Counted from the stretch's first letter, positions 1 through 13,171 are shown. The stretch: 64,000 nt of DNA from Paraspadella gotoi (GCA_051294375.1 CM119265.1:4337779-4401778), one strand, 5' to 3'. The notes: a model not told the origin generated them from the sequence alone. Numbers and translations are program-made.

Positions 1-479
1 GTAAAGAGCTGGAGTATACCGTTTTTTAATTTTTTTTCCCTTAATCTCCCCATAGTGAACCAAGTTTGGTAGCTTGGTATTGAATAAGGAAAACAAAGAT
101 TTTCTAAAATATCAGCATCATCATAAAAACACGCCTTTGAGGAATTTAATCATTTTTTCGAAAAAAAAAATAATTTGTTGATTTCATTTATAATATAAAT
201 ATTTATAGCGCGTTTTTAAAAAAAACCGCTCGTTTTTTTTTTTCCCACCATTCCCAAATACAATAATATTACCACACGCGTGACCGAGAAAAGATAGGAA
301 CCAGAGAATCAAAAGATAATGAATTGGTTATTCGAGGAGGAAAAAGAAGAAAAAAAAAAAGAAAAGACCAGGCATTATTCCACTCCATTCATCCATTGAA
401 GGCGATTGAGATGAATGTGTGAGGCTGAGTGCCAGGATCGCATGTGATGATCTTCGCGATATAGTACGCGCCAGCGGAT

Positions 480-1370
480 ACCGTCGATCAACGCTACGGG
501 CACAATTATTATTATATGTAGTGATGGAACGGCACGGGATTACCGAGTCATGGCTCCCACGGAGTCGAATTACTATGACTAAAAAAATAGCAAGAAACCA
601 TAGCAATCAATCCTAATTGGAATAGGGGTTCACAGCGAGAGCTAGTAAGAATGATCAGGGAAGTAAACCGAAAAAAATGAGGAAGGCAAAGAGTGCGACG
701 ACCGGTAAAATATGACCCCTATTACGGCCACCATTACGGCAGAGAGAGAAGGGAATAGCCAGATCGGAGAGAGAGGAGAAAAAAAAGAGAGGAATAATTG
801 CGAAAAATCAAGAAAAATGAGTTTGAGTCTCAAAATTATATGGTTTTCGCGGTGTGGACTACATGGGTGAAAGAGTTAAGACGGTCATCATCCACCGAGA
901 AAACTCTACCGACCTCAACAATCGTCGAGAATCGAATTAAAGCAGAGCTCAAATCTGTTTGTATCGCATCAATCTAGTTTGCTAAACCATTTTATTGTGA
1001 TAAGGGCGAAAACAGCATTGATAAACCCTGTTTCCAAACAAGTGAAACAAATAAGAAACTGCCCTACCTTAGATCAATTCGTAAGTACAAACTTTCTGGA
1101 ACGCAATTCGACTCTATGACTCGGTTATACTTCGATGACATAAGGATCAATCTCACTATGTTGGAGGTCATATATTACATCCAAAGAAGCATCAAAACAT
1201 TGTGTCATAGGTTATCTGGGTTCGATTCCGAACAATAGGAACCTTCCAAGACGACAAGGGCAATAATTATGGACAGAACTTGCGGTGGGTCTAAACAGAA
1301 AAATCTTAATCGCATTTCTTTCGACATCTAAGGCGCTAGAGACTAGATTAGCAAGTATCACTACTCTACT
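480..1370 (+). mobile_element. Possible highly degenerate LINE ORF2 apurinic-type endonuclease remnant (CR1/L2/Jockey-like)
   Basis: Peptide fragments in the expected order but in broken frames: GITESWL (536-556), KLYRPQ (901-918; cf. YRPP) and LDQFVST...RNSTL (1069-1117; cf. LxQxVxxPT..N.LDL). GDFN and SDH are not clearly recoverable. Confidence 0.3.
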
Positions 1371-3835
1371 GGTGAGCGTTCACTAGATTAGTGGCATCGC
1401 ACCATTGAAACTGGGTGCCTCGCTGGTGTATAGATACAAACTTACCGGAAATATAGAAATCAATTTGGGTATGTTATGTAGGCACACACATGGATGTTTA
1501 CGAAGATCCATCAGGAAGAGACGGAGATGGAAAATGGTAAATAAAATATCTTTCTATATCTATTTTTGTTTTTTTTTTTGCTAGGAGGCTTTATGAGCAA
1601 CTCATGGAAAAGTTTTGGTGAATAACACGCCTTCAATGTCGGCTAGCAATGTGCCCCTCGGCTTGTGCCGTCTTTCCGGGTGTGTGAGGTAGATACTGTT
1701 ACGCCCTATTTTTGCGCGGCTACACCTTATATTTTTCTCCGACGCGCGTCGGATACGGGCAGACTATTGTAGAGAAACAACTGTACAGGTCGGAAGGCGG
1801 AGGCTGGCGGAGCGGGACTGTGTGGGGACAAGAGGGATCGCCAAGAGGAGTAAATTTGGCGGCGGCTAGCACTGTGGCGGTGAGCGCGGACATATGATAC
1901 GTGGCGGGCGCTGGGAGGGCGAGCGGTTGTGTACGTCGGCGTCTTCTTTCAGATTTATTTGGTTTTGGGCTTTTTTATTTTTTCTCTCTCTCCGCCGGAG
2001 ATTAAGATCGGGACGAGGAGGAACCCTTGAGGCAGTGGAAAGGGGGGTCGGGGTGTCCAGCAGAGATGGGGAGGGGGAGGCGAGATGAAGATATGGAAGG
2101 ATTGAGAATCATGGGGTAAGGAGGAGAGGTTTAATGGAGAGAGGAAGTGTAAGGACTTGGGAGGGAGGAAAGATGGAAGAGAAGAGGATAGCAGAAAGAG
2201 TCCACGAAAGGGGAGGTAGGAAATGAAAATTTAAAAAGGGTTAGGAGAAAAAGGGAAATTAAAAGCCAAGAAGGTAATTAATAATATTAAAAGAAATATG
2301 TCAAAGACATCAAAATTAAAAGGGTTNNNNNNNNNNNNNNNNNNNNNNNNNTGCAGAAGAATTCGGCAGTCGATGAAGGAAATTAGATTAAGTTTTATGG
2401 AGGAAAGAAATTATCTTCGCGCATCGGAAAGTTTGAAAGAGGGAAGAGTTAAAAACGGCTCAAGTCAGAAACGTTCCTCTTTAAACTTTAATAAGACTCA
2501 CTAATATTTAGGGAAAACATAAAGAAAGGGCCGACGAAATGAAGAGAAGGAAAAACACGGAGGAAGGAAAGGAAGGAAAAAAAAGAAGAAAAAGAGGAAA
2601 GAAAAAAAACAAAACTTTGGAACGAATTGAAATTTGGCAACCTTTAGTACGAAAAAAAAATGTTCAGAAAATATAAAATGATGAAAAAGAAAAAATGAAG
2701 GCAAGAGGGAAAAGGAAAAAAGGAGAAAAAAAAGGAGGAAAAAAAATAAGAAAAAATAGCAACAAAATAAACACTCTAGATGAAATCNNNNNNNNNNNNN
2801 NNNNNNNNNNNNNNNNNNNNNNNNNNNNNNNNNNNNNNNNNNNNNNNNNNNNNNNNNNNNNNNNNNNNNNNNNNNNNNNNNNNNNNNNNNNNNNNNNNNN
2901 NNNNNNNNNNNNNNNNNNNNNNNNNNNNNNNNNNNNNNNNNNNNNNNNNNNNNNNNNNNNNNNNNNNNNNNNNNNNNNNNNNNNNNNNNNNNNNNNNNNN
3001 NNNNNNNNNNNNNNNNNNNNNNNNNNNNNNNNNNNNNNNNNNNNNNNNNNNNNNNNNNNNNNNNNNNNNNNNNNNNNNNNNNNNNNNNNNNNNNNNNNNN
3101 NNNNNNNNNNNNNNNNNNNNNNNNNNNNNNNNNNNNNNNNNNNNNNNNNNNNNNNNTTTTACGAGGCTAATTTATCTTCCGCTTCCCCATAGTCGCGTAT
3201 ATGATCTCTGTAAAGTATAATTCCGTCAATGGAACGCAAGGAGTCACAAACAAAAAGGCTACCGTTCTCTCTCTCTTCTTTTATTTTCTCTCTCTTCTTT
3301 TATTTCTACTCTGTCAGTCTCGCACACGTTTCCAAAAACTCACTCCAACGCAACTCGCACATTCGCTCGCCACCGGAAATGGGTCGTTCACCGCCCACCT
3401 TCACAATAATTCACGCCTATACTTCTACCTCGCGCGGCGTGAGCCTCACGGCGTCCGCCATTCGCTAATGGTTTATCGCAGATTTTTATCCTCAAATCGA
3501 ATTGATATCGTTTTATCGCTCGTATCGCTTTTCAGATCCCCAATCCTTAATCAGCCAAACCCCGCCGCGGGTTACGACGGCCAATCATTCGGAAGCGTTA
3601 TCAACTATGGAATATTAGAAATCCGCCGCTGGCGGAAGGGAAATGTGGAGACATCTCGGGGAGAAGAAGGAAGTTGGATAGAGGAGATACGCCCCGGAAA
3701 GATACGTATGACGTAAGCGTCAATAAAGTAAATAAACATTTATATTATTGTGTAATCTTTTCGTTTCGTTGCTTTAGGAATTTGCAGGAATAAGTTTGAT
3801 TGTTTGTGACAACGATTTATTTATTTCAGTTTAGA

Positions 3836-3878
3836 AACGGACATGTTTCGGCTTTGATTACAAGCCTTCATCAGCGTT
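3836..3878 (-). ncRNA. Minimal type I hammerhead ribozyme (Penelope-like-element type)
   Basis: Minus strand reads AACG CTGATGA A GGCTT-GTAATCA-AAGCC GAAA CATGTC CGTT. It has the CUGANGA and GAAA core, a 5-bp stem II, a minimal stem III with palindromic ACAUGU, a GUC cleavage triplet (cut between 3840 and 3839) and stem I AACG/CGTT. AATAAA follows about 10 nt downstream. Confidence 0.8.
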
Positions 3879-6800
3879 GACAGATTTGTGAATTATGTTA
3901 TATTAAAAAATATCGTATTTTTTCTTGTCGTCAAATGTTCAATTACAAAGAAAGCTCTAATAATTAAAGATATAATTTAGAAGTGCCGAGAGGAAAAAAT
4001 GAAAAAATATGGAAAATTCAAGAAAAGTTATTAAAGTTTCGAGAATTTTAACCAAAAAGAAAACAGGAATAAAACCCGTCTGAAAGAAAGAGGAAATAAG
4101 AAAAACATCGTTAAATTGATTTTCCCATCATTCCTAAANNNNNNNNNNNNNNNNNNNNNNNNNNNNNNNNNNNNNNNNNNNNNNNNNNNNNNNNNNNNNN
4201 NNNNNNNNNNNNNNNNNNNNNNNNNNNNNNNNNNNNNNNNNNNNNNNNNNNNNNNNNNNNNNNNNNNNNNNNNNNNNNNNNNNNNNNNNNNNNNNNNNNN
4301 NNNNNNNNNNNNNNNNNNNNNNNNNNNNNNNNNNNNNNNNNNNNNNNNNNNNNNNNNNNNNNNNNNNNNNNNNNNNNNNNNNNNNNNNNNNNNNNNNNNN
4401 NNNNNNNNNNNNNNNNNNNNNNNNNNNNNNNNNNNNNNNNNNNNNNNNNNNNNNNNNNNNNNNNNNNNNNNNNNNNNNNNNNNNNNNNNNNNNNNNNNNN
4501 NNNNNNNNNNNNNNNNNNNNNNNNNNNNNNNNNNNNNNNNNNNNNNNNNNNNNNNNNNNNNNNNNNNNNNNNNNNNNNNNNNNNNNNNNNNNNNNNNNNN
4601 NNNNNNNNNNNNNNNNNNNNNNNNNNNNNNNNNNNNNNNNNNNNNNNNNNNNNNNNNNNNNNNNNNNNNNNNNNNNNNNNNNNNNNNNNNNNNNNNNNNN
4701 NNNNNNNNNNNNNNNNNNNNNNNNNNNNNNNNNNNNNNNNNNNNNNNNNNNNNNNNNNNNNNNNNNNNNNNNNNNNNNNNNNNNNNNNNNNNNNNNNNNN
4801 NNNNNNNNNNNNNNNNNNNNNNNNNNNNNNNNNNNNNNNNNNNNNNNNNNNNNNNNNNNNNNNNNNNNNNNNNNNNNNNNNNNNNNNNNNNNNNNNNNNN
4901 NNNNNNNNNNNNNNNNNNNNNNNNNNNNNNNNNNNNNNNNNNNNNNNNNNNNNNNNNNNNNNNNNNNNNNNNNNNNNNNNNNNNNNNNGGGGGCACCGTG
5001 GCGCCACGAGAGCGACGAGGGAGGGGCAAATGCTGCCTCGTTCTGCGGCGATGGGACTGTTTACTCACCGCGGAGGAATACCACCGCGGAGGGATACGAC
5101 CGCTTCGCCGCTTCCCATCTGCGAGTCGGACTCGTTCGCCATGAAAATAAAATTGAAAGATAAAACTGTTTAAATCGCTTTAAAAATTTTTTTTTAAATA
5201 TTAAATTGAAAATTAGACCTTTTTTTGAATTGCTTTGAAAAGTTTACTCCTGTGCAAAGAATAGAAAACAGAAGAAAGAAAATGGTGGACTCTTGATATC
5301 ATTTCATTTCGAAGTAACGTGTAAAGTTCATTTTGATTTCTCTTTCTATAATTGATTCTGAAAAAAATCGAGCGAATTCAAATTCTTGCGCTCAAATGTC
5401 AAATTTAAACTGATAGCATCGAGATTTTCTTTTCTATCAATTTTTTTCGCTATACATGCGACGTCAAAGAGAGAAAGGGAGGAAAAGCGAGAGAGAAAGA
5501 GAGAAAGAAGAGAGAGACGGAGAGAAAAAGAAAGCAAGATGGCGGAATGGCTGGAGGCAATTTCACTTGAGAAAGAACATATTCGGGCATCATTAATCAT
5601 GCTCCCTTTTGGAACAAAAGACTAAAAATACAAAGTATTAGGGGAGAGAGAGCAAGAGAGAGAGAGCCAGAGAGAAAGAAAGAGAGCGAGAGAGAGAGAG
5701 AGAGCGAGAGAGAGAGAGAGACGAACGACGCGCCGGCTTCCTCTTTATCCGTTGTTCCTCTGTTTGCGATTTCGTTGATGGCTCTGAGGTGGCGCTGGTG
5801 GCGGAAGCAGGTGGCGCCTCGGTTTCGTAATCACCGACGACAAAGAGGACGACGACGTCGACGACGACGACGACAACGACGACAACGACACCGACAGTGA
5901 CAATCAAGACGTACGACGACGATAAATAAGGGGAATCGTAATCAGCTCTGAAGGTGAAAAAAAGGGAGCAACTAACACTTTGTGACATTTGAGTCTAATT
6001 GATGGAAATTGTGTTGATCTCAGTTGATTTCAAAAAGTGGAACTCATATAAATCCTTCAATATTCAGAGGAATTAGATTATAGCTAGATTAATCACGGGA
6101 ATGATTGGCTCAAGCACTTTTGAAGTTTGAAAAAAAAAATGAAGAAAAATCATTCATTATTCACAGAAAGAGAGAAATCGCCAGAGAGCTGTCCGCGTCT
6201 CTCACGGTCTCACTGATCTTTAAATAGCCTCAATTGATTCTCATTACTCCACCTTTTAAACTTGATTTGGTTTCACTTGTGAAACCAAGTTTCAACTCAC
6301 GTCGTCGCTGACAATAATGAGTTTCTTCACAACTCTTCTCCTCAACGAGGCCTTCAAGGTCCTTTCCTCCTCCAACTCTCGCCACAGAAAAACCCGACGG
6401 TCGACGGAAGAAAGATGCGACGCAAAAAGAAATGGCACGGAAAAGAAAAAAAGAAAAGAAAATAAAGGAATGGGACGGAAACGAGTCAAATGAATACAAA
6501 AAGAGAGAGTTGTAACGGAGTGAGCGAAAAGAAAGGGGGGGGAAAAAGAGATTTTTAGATTGAAATTAAAAATTAATCCGGTCCAATCATAAAGAATTCA
6601 CGATTCTCCCCCAGAAAGCGTCGGTCGCCGACGACGACGATAACGACGAAGGACGAAGACGACGACGTCGACGACGTCTTGATATTCGATTCCCGAAAAT
6701 GGGTTCTGGGGAATGGTAATTTCTTTTTTATGCTTTCGGGATGAAAATTAAGGCTGGATGACGGCAAAGAACGCAATGACGATCAACCAGAGAACGTCGA

Positions 6801-7213
6801 CGACACCGAAGAGAAAGGGAAACTGAAGGAAGATATATATAAGTTTGTAAAGTAATTGACTAAAATGCGACTGATAATAACAAAAACAAAATTCTGAGAA
6901 ATGAGCCAAAAACAATTAATGCTATTTTCTACGACGACGAAGACGACGAGGAAAACGACGACGACGACGAAGAAGACGATGCCAATGAAGAGACGAAAAC
7001 GATGAAGNNNNNNNNNNNNNNNNNNNNNNNNNNNNNNNNNNNNNNNNNNNNNNNNNNNNNNNNNNNNNNNNNNNNNNNNNNNNNNNNNNNNNNNNNNNNN
7101 NNNNNNNNNNNNNNNNNNNNNNNNNNNNNNNNNNNNNNNNNNNNNNNNNNNNNNNNNNNNNNNNNNNNNNNNNNNNNNNNNNNNNNNNNNNNNNNNNNNN
7201 NNNNNNNNNNNNN

Positions 7214-7247
<34 letters not shown>

Positions 7248-7527
7248 CCAAAAAGCCGTTAGAGATATCACGCGCACTTCTCCCTCTTTTCGACGAGAGA
7301 GGCTCTAATATTTCTGGCGCGGCTTTCAAATGATCGCGCCATTCGCTCTCGCTGCTCTTTTTCATCCTTCGAAGGTTCAATGACGCTTAGGGTCGCCTTT
7401 TTTTTGGCTTCTTTTATCCATTTCGAAGACGGAACACTAGTTCCAAATCGTTTAAACGTTGTGGCACTTTTAAATGTTTCTATATCAACCAATCACACCG
7501 CTTCCTAGGTTCACTGGGTTCTTCGGC

Positions 7528-7636
7528 ACGTCGGTCCGTCGGTCGGTACGTCGGTCGGTCCGTCGGTCGGTCCGTCGGTCGGTCCGTCGGTCGGTCCGTC
7601 GGTCGGTACGTCGGTCGGTCCGTCGGTCGGTCCGTC
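7528..7636 (+). repeat. 12-bp-period tandem repeat (GTCGGTCGGTCC)n
   Basis: About 9 units with occasional C>A variants; produces the spurious RRSV and PTDR ORFs. Confidence 0.95.
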
Positions 7637-7921
7637 TGCTTCGTTTCGACCGCAATCTCTCCGTCCTCCTTAAATCTCACTTAGTCCCATGGAACGACCT
7701 CGCTCTTTGGCGGAATGGAAAAGCTTAAAGGCAACGTCGCTCCATTGCTTTGTCGCCTCTTGAATAATCTCATCTCATCTCATCTCATCTCATCTCATCC
7801 TCAATCTTATTTCATCTTATCTCATCTCAAATTCCATTCCATTCCATTTTGTATTCTCTCGTGTCATTTTAACTTATCTCATCTCATCTTTACGATGCTC
7901 TCGTGTTTGCATTTGCATGAC

Positions 7922-7959
<38 letters not shown>

Positions 7960-8845
7960 NNNNNNNNNNNNNNNNNNNNNNNNNNNNNNNNNNNNNNNNN
8001 NNNNNNNNNNNNNNNNNNNNNNNNNNNNNNNNNNNNNNNNNNNNNNNNNNNNNNNNNNNNNNNNNNNNNNNNNNNNNNNNNNNNNNNNNNNNNNNNNNNN
8101 NNNNNNNNNNNNNNNNNNNNNNNNNNNNNNNNNNNNNNNNNNNNNNNNNNNNNNNNNNNNNNNNNNNNNNNNNNNNNNNNNNNNNNNNNNNNNNNNNNNN
8201 NNNNNNNNNNNNNNNNNNNNNNNNNNNNNNNNNNNNNNNNNNNNNNNNNNNNNNNNNNNNNNNNNNNNNNNNNNNNNNNNNNNNNNNNNNNNNNNNNNNN
8301 NNNNNNNNNNNNNNNNNNNNNNNNNNNNNNNNNNNNNNNNNNNNNNNNNNNNNNNNNNNNNNNNNNNNNNNNNNNNNNNNNNNNNNNNNNNNNNNNNNNN
8401 NNNNNNNNNNNNNNNNNNNNNNNNNNNNCTTACGATTAAAATATTTTAAGTTTTCCCTTAAAAATTGGTTTTTTCTTCAGTGTGAGCATCATAGTTTTTC
8501 TCGCATTTCATTTCATGGTTTTCTTTTCTCAATTCTTTTACATAATCTTGGGCTAATGTAAACTTAACTCCCAAGATTTCTCTCTTACAAATGACCTTAT
8601 CCAAATTTAGATCTAAAACGGCCATTTTTCCTTTCTCCTTTTTTTTCTAAACTGTGACTAACCTCATTCACTTTTCTTCGGTGACTCCAATTCGACTCCA
8701 TCTTCACAAATCACCACATCACTTACCTGCCCTTTCACTCACATAATTTTTTTCCGGCCACTTTCCTTCTCTCTCTCTTTTCTTCCGGCATGATTCCAAT
8801 TTCATCTTCGCAAATCTGCGGAAAACTCTATCTTTTCTTTTCTTT

Positions 8846-8937
<92 letters not shown>

Positions 8938-8939
8938 TC
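8846..8939 (+). repeat. (TTTC)n microsatellite (others at ~14330-14432, 53208-53245, 59757-59797)
   Basis: Directly visible. Confidence 0.95.
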
Positions 8940-11847
8940 CTCCCTATTTTACTTTTCATTTTTCCTTCTTTTCTTTCCTTTTCTTCTCAGGTTTTGGCGT
9001 CTTTCACCAATTGGGCTCGAAGATATTTTTCTTCCTTTGCCCGTCTTTTCTCACCCAATCTTCGCCGCGGTGGGATTCCCTATTTCTCACCTGTCTGGCC
9101 GAAACTCGAAATATGAGGATAAAAANNNNNNNNNNNNNNNNNNNNNNNNNNNNNNNNNNNNNNNNNNNNNNNNNNNNNNNNNNNNNNNNNNNNNNNNNNN
9201 NNNNNNNNNNNNNNNNNNNNNNNNNNNNNNNNNNNNNNNNNNNNNNNNNNNNNNNNNNNNNNNNNNNNNNNNNNNNNNNNNNNNNNNNNNNNNNNNNNNN
9301 NNNNNNNNNNNNNNNNNNNNNNNNNNNNNNNNNNNNNNNNNNNNNNNNNNNNNNNNNNNNNNNNNNNNNNNNNNNNNNNNNNNNNNNNNNNNNNNNNNNN
9401 NNNNNNNNNNNNNNNNNNNNNNNNNNNNNNNNNNNNNNNNNNNNNNNNNNNNNNNNNNNNNNNNNNNNNNNNNNNNNNNNNNNNNNNNNNNNNNNNNNNN
9501 NNNNNNNNNNNNNNNNNNNNNNNNNNNNNNNNNNNNNNNNNNNNNNNNNNNNNNNNNNNNNNNNNNNNNNNNNNNNNNNNNNNNNNNNNNNNNNNNNNNN
9601 NNNNNNNNNNNNNNNNNNNNNNNNNNNNNNNNNNNNNNNNNNNNNNNNNNNNNNNNNNNNNNNNNNNNNNNNNNNNNNNNNNNNNNNNNNNNNNTCACCT
9701 GTCTGGCCGAAACTCGAAATATGAGGATAAAAAGAAGTTGGGGTTCGAGATGTAGAGGGGATAATTGTATAGGAGAATGGTAAATAGTGTGGGGTGCCCT
9801 TATTCGAATTAAGAGGGGTTGATCGTCAGGGGCAATTGAAAGGTTTCTGCAAAATGAAACTTAGAGACGTGGAAAGAGAGAGAGAGAGAGAACTTTTCTC
9901 CCCATTTATATTCAAAAGCGTTTCCCATAAATGTAAACGAATTCTTTTCGTATAACAAAGAAATATTTTTTTTCTTCGTCGAATAATTCGATCGTTAAGT
10001 AATAACTTTCGCAGCCGCCTGTCCCCCATCAACCAAGGCCTACGTCAACCGCCAGCCACCAAACTCCCGTCATCCGCCACCCGATGCCCGCAGCCAGACC
10101 GCGAGCTGCCCGATAGCCCGTCGCCCGCCCTTGGCGGTGTCTCTTTTATTCTAAACATCATTGTCCGCGAGCGACGGGCGACAGAAAAAGGCGGCATGAT
10201 AAAAATGGCGTTGGACAAACGTTCGACGATCGAATTGGTGATTTATAGCGGAATAAAAGATGGAACCGAAGAAGAAAAATTTGATAGATGAGGGATGGCA
10301 TCGGACTTTTGCCCTCTGGCGAGACGGAATCGAAGCAAAGCCCGACCTTCAGCGACCCCTTTCCACCGCGGTGGGTTACGAATAAGGATCCGCCGATCGG
10401 CTTTCATGGAGGATAACGAACGTGAAGGACGTTCTTTTCATTTCCGCTGCGAATCGGCTGAAAAGGGAAAAAATCAAAGCGGAGGAATGAAGCGCGAAAG
10501 ATATTGAGGATGACAGGCGGTTGTCATTCAGCCCCTGTCATTGCCAATGAATGTCATTCGGGCCCAATTCGTTCGCTTGCGTTGTTCTGTCGCGTAGACT
10601 TGGATTCTTTACCGTCATGACGTCAAGATGATGCCATTTCTTTACAACAGTGAAGTATTATGCCATTTCTAATGCCACTGACCAGCTATTATCTTTTGCC
10701 ATGAGACATCTATGCTATCTATGCTACCACCCAACTTTGCCATCTCACCGGCTTTTCTTCCTTTCTCCCGTCTCTCCCTTCCATTTGCATTATTCTCTCC
10801 CGCCTCGAGTCTCACGGGCGAATGGAAATCGCCTCTCGATGGAATCGTAATTCATCGATGGAACCTTTTTTTTTAAATTTTAACGACGCCGGCGTCCTCG
10901 TTAAATTCACGCCGCGTAAACTGGTCGAGGGTCGTTAATATTAAAAAAAAGGAAGATGGCGCCCTGAGATGGAAGTGGAGGCCGGAAGCAGATGGGAGAC
11001 TGGATCGAGGAGAGGGGGGAGGTTTTTCGATGGGAGGTGGAATGGAAGGGGGTAATTAGGGGTCGGGAGGGGAGGGAGAATTAAGCGAGACGGAGTGAGT
11101 GGGTACTTTGGTTAATTTGCTTCGGCTGGAAGGACAGAAGGGACTGAGGGTTAATCGTGAGAAGAGAAGATTACAAATGAAGTCGCCGAGATGAGGGTTA
11201 ATTTTTAAAAGGATGGATTCCGTGATGGGTTAAAGATGAATTGGATGGAACTGTAAATGTAAAATGAAAAGTTATGAAAAATGCTACATTGTAGCGGAGA
11301 GAAAAAAAAGCAATGATTTAAAGATATAAAGAGTAAAAGTTGAAAGTCGACAACAATGCCTTAGACGCACAAAATGATAATGGCTTAATGAGGAGAAAAT
11401 TTGGAATGGAACTAAAAGACGTCANNNNNNNNNNTTTTCATGCCCGCGCTTTCCCCCCCCACAGTAACACCCTAGCGCTAAGAGTTTCCTGTTTGACTTT
11501 CCCAGAACGCCATGAATATTTAAACTCGATTAAAAGGGGGAACAAGTGTATTAAAGAAAAAAAAACCGCTGCGTGCCGTGAGCTGGAGAAAGAGAAGAGG
11601 GCGGAAAGAAAAAATAGAGGGAGAGAAAAAAGGAAAAGGAAAGAAAAAGAGAGAAGAGCGCGGTTAAGACTCTCAATAAGGAAAAGAAGGAAAGGCAGGA
11701 AAAACGAAAGGAGACTCATAAATCTATGGAAGGAAAAAAAAGCAAAATTTCCTTGGGAGCAACGGATGTATATCGAGATGAAATACGACGTCGAAGGAGG
11801 GCGAAACAGAGAGAGAGGGAATGGCAGGAGGGAGGGAGGGAGGGAGG

Positions 11848-11895
<48 letters not shown>

Positions 11896-12611
11896 GAGAC
11901 AGAGAGAGGGATATAAATGAACATTTTTGAAAGAGAATTAGGATTCTTCTGTTATGAAGAAAGATTGCGTCATTTAAAAAAACCAAAAAACCGAGGAAAT
12001 AAAAAAATGAAAAATTGGATGGAAAAACAAATGAAAAAAAAACCATCTACTTTTTTCTTGGATATAAAAAATAATTGAGGGAAGAATAGTGAGATGTTAG
12101 AGGAAACTAAGAAGAGCCGACAACGGAAAAAAAAATCTTGGAAGAAATGAAACAAAAAATAGAAGGAAGAACAATAAAAATGTACATGAAAAAAACTTAA
12201 AGAAAAAAAAAAACAGAGAAATGAAATGAAAAAATAACGAAACGAAACGAAACGAAACGAAACATAAAAAAAAAACCCCAAAGAATCCAAAGAAAAAAAA
12301 AAGAGTGGATAGAAAAAAAAAATCGGAGTCCGTTCGCAATGAGCGGAAAATGCGCGCACGTACGGGGGAAGGAATTAATGAGTCGGAAGTAGAAAAGAGG
12401 AAGAAGGGGATTGAGAAGGGCGAACGCTGGGGGAGGGAGGGAAGAGTGGCGTTTCTCTCCGTCGGGAGATGAACGTATGAACGTATGAACGTACGAACGT
12501 ACGAACGAATCGAATCGAGGAACGGAAGGAAAAATTTTAATTGGCGAGTTAAAGAAAATGATGAATGAATGATGATTCTAATATTAAGCGAAGGCGACTC
12601 AAACTTTATCG

Positions 12612-12735
12612 CTATGTCATTATCTTGCAAGAGTGAAGGAGGCCTTAAACCACCAACGCCTGTGCAAGATAGCTTGTCTATTAAATGAATGGATAATTTT
12701 TATACTGGTTGTACCAATTTCATAATATATTAATA
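12612..12735 (+). mobile_element. Second, shorter copy of the interspersed repeat at 36143-36290
   Basis: Reverse-complement similarity to 36143-36290; lacks the 10-bp hairpin. Confidence 0.6.
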
Positions 12736-13171
12736 AGTGAGGAATGAATCGAATGGAGAATTCTCTCGGAGATGAATGAAGGAATGTAAGATGAAAACGG
12801 AAAATGATAATTCCCCGCGACTTGCGGCGGCGGCGGCAGAAGCGGTAGCAGCGACGGCAGAAGCGGTCGGCGGCAGCGGCGGCAGCCCGGTCTAATCTAT
12901 TTTATTCATGCGTCAATTCCTTCGTTGATTTTATGGCCAGGCGACATCAAACGCGCCGTCGCCTCGCCGCCGCCGCACCCGGCGCCGCCGCCGCCGCCGC
13001 TCCAAGGGAAAGACGTTGTTCTCTTCCGCGAAAAATATACCCGCGTTCTGTCTTAGGGAAACAAACAAACGAACAAACATTACGATTCATCATCACATTC
13101 GAAATTTCTTATTTTTAAATGCATTTATATAAAAGTCCATATCATTTCAAACTCACATTGAACAACTAAAG

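Noticed and set aside
3201-7492. ORFs 3201-3716 (+, 171 aa) and 7268-7492 (-, 74 aa) as small genes
   Set aside because: No recognisable motifs or convincing exon structure; left unannotated.
9087-9733. 39-bp direct repeat flanking the 9126-9694 gap as a target-site duplication or LTR
   Set aside because: Both copies abut the gap edges, typical of an unmerged contig overlap or a collapsed tandem repeat.
2695-9783. Long ORFs of 146-345 aa in the ORF track (also 57832-58704)
   Set aside because: They are read-through of N-gaps (X runs).
10363-10374. CCACCGCGGTGG as cloning-vector polylinker contamination
   Set aside because: Flanks do not continue as polylinker, and related variants occur nearby as part of a genomic motif.
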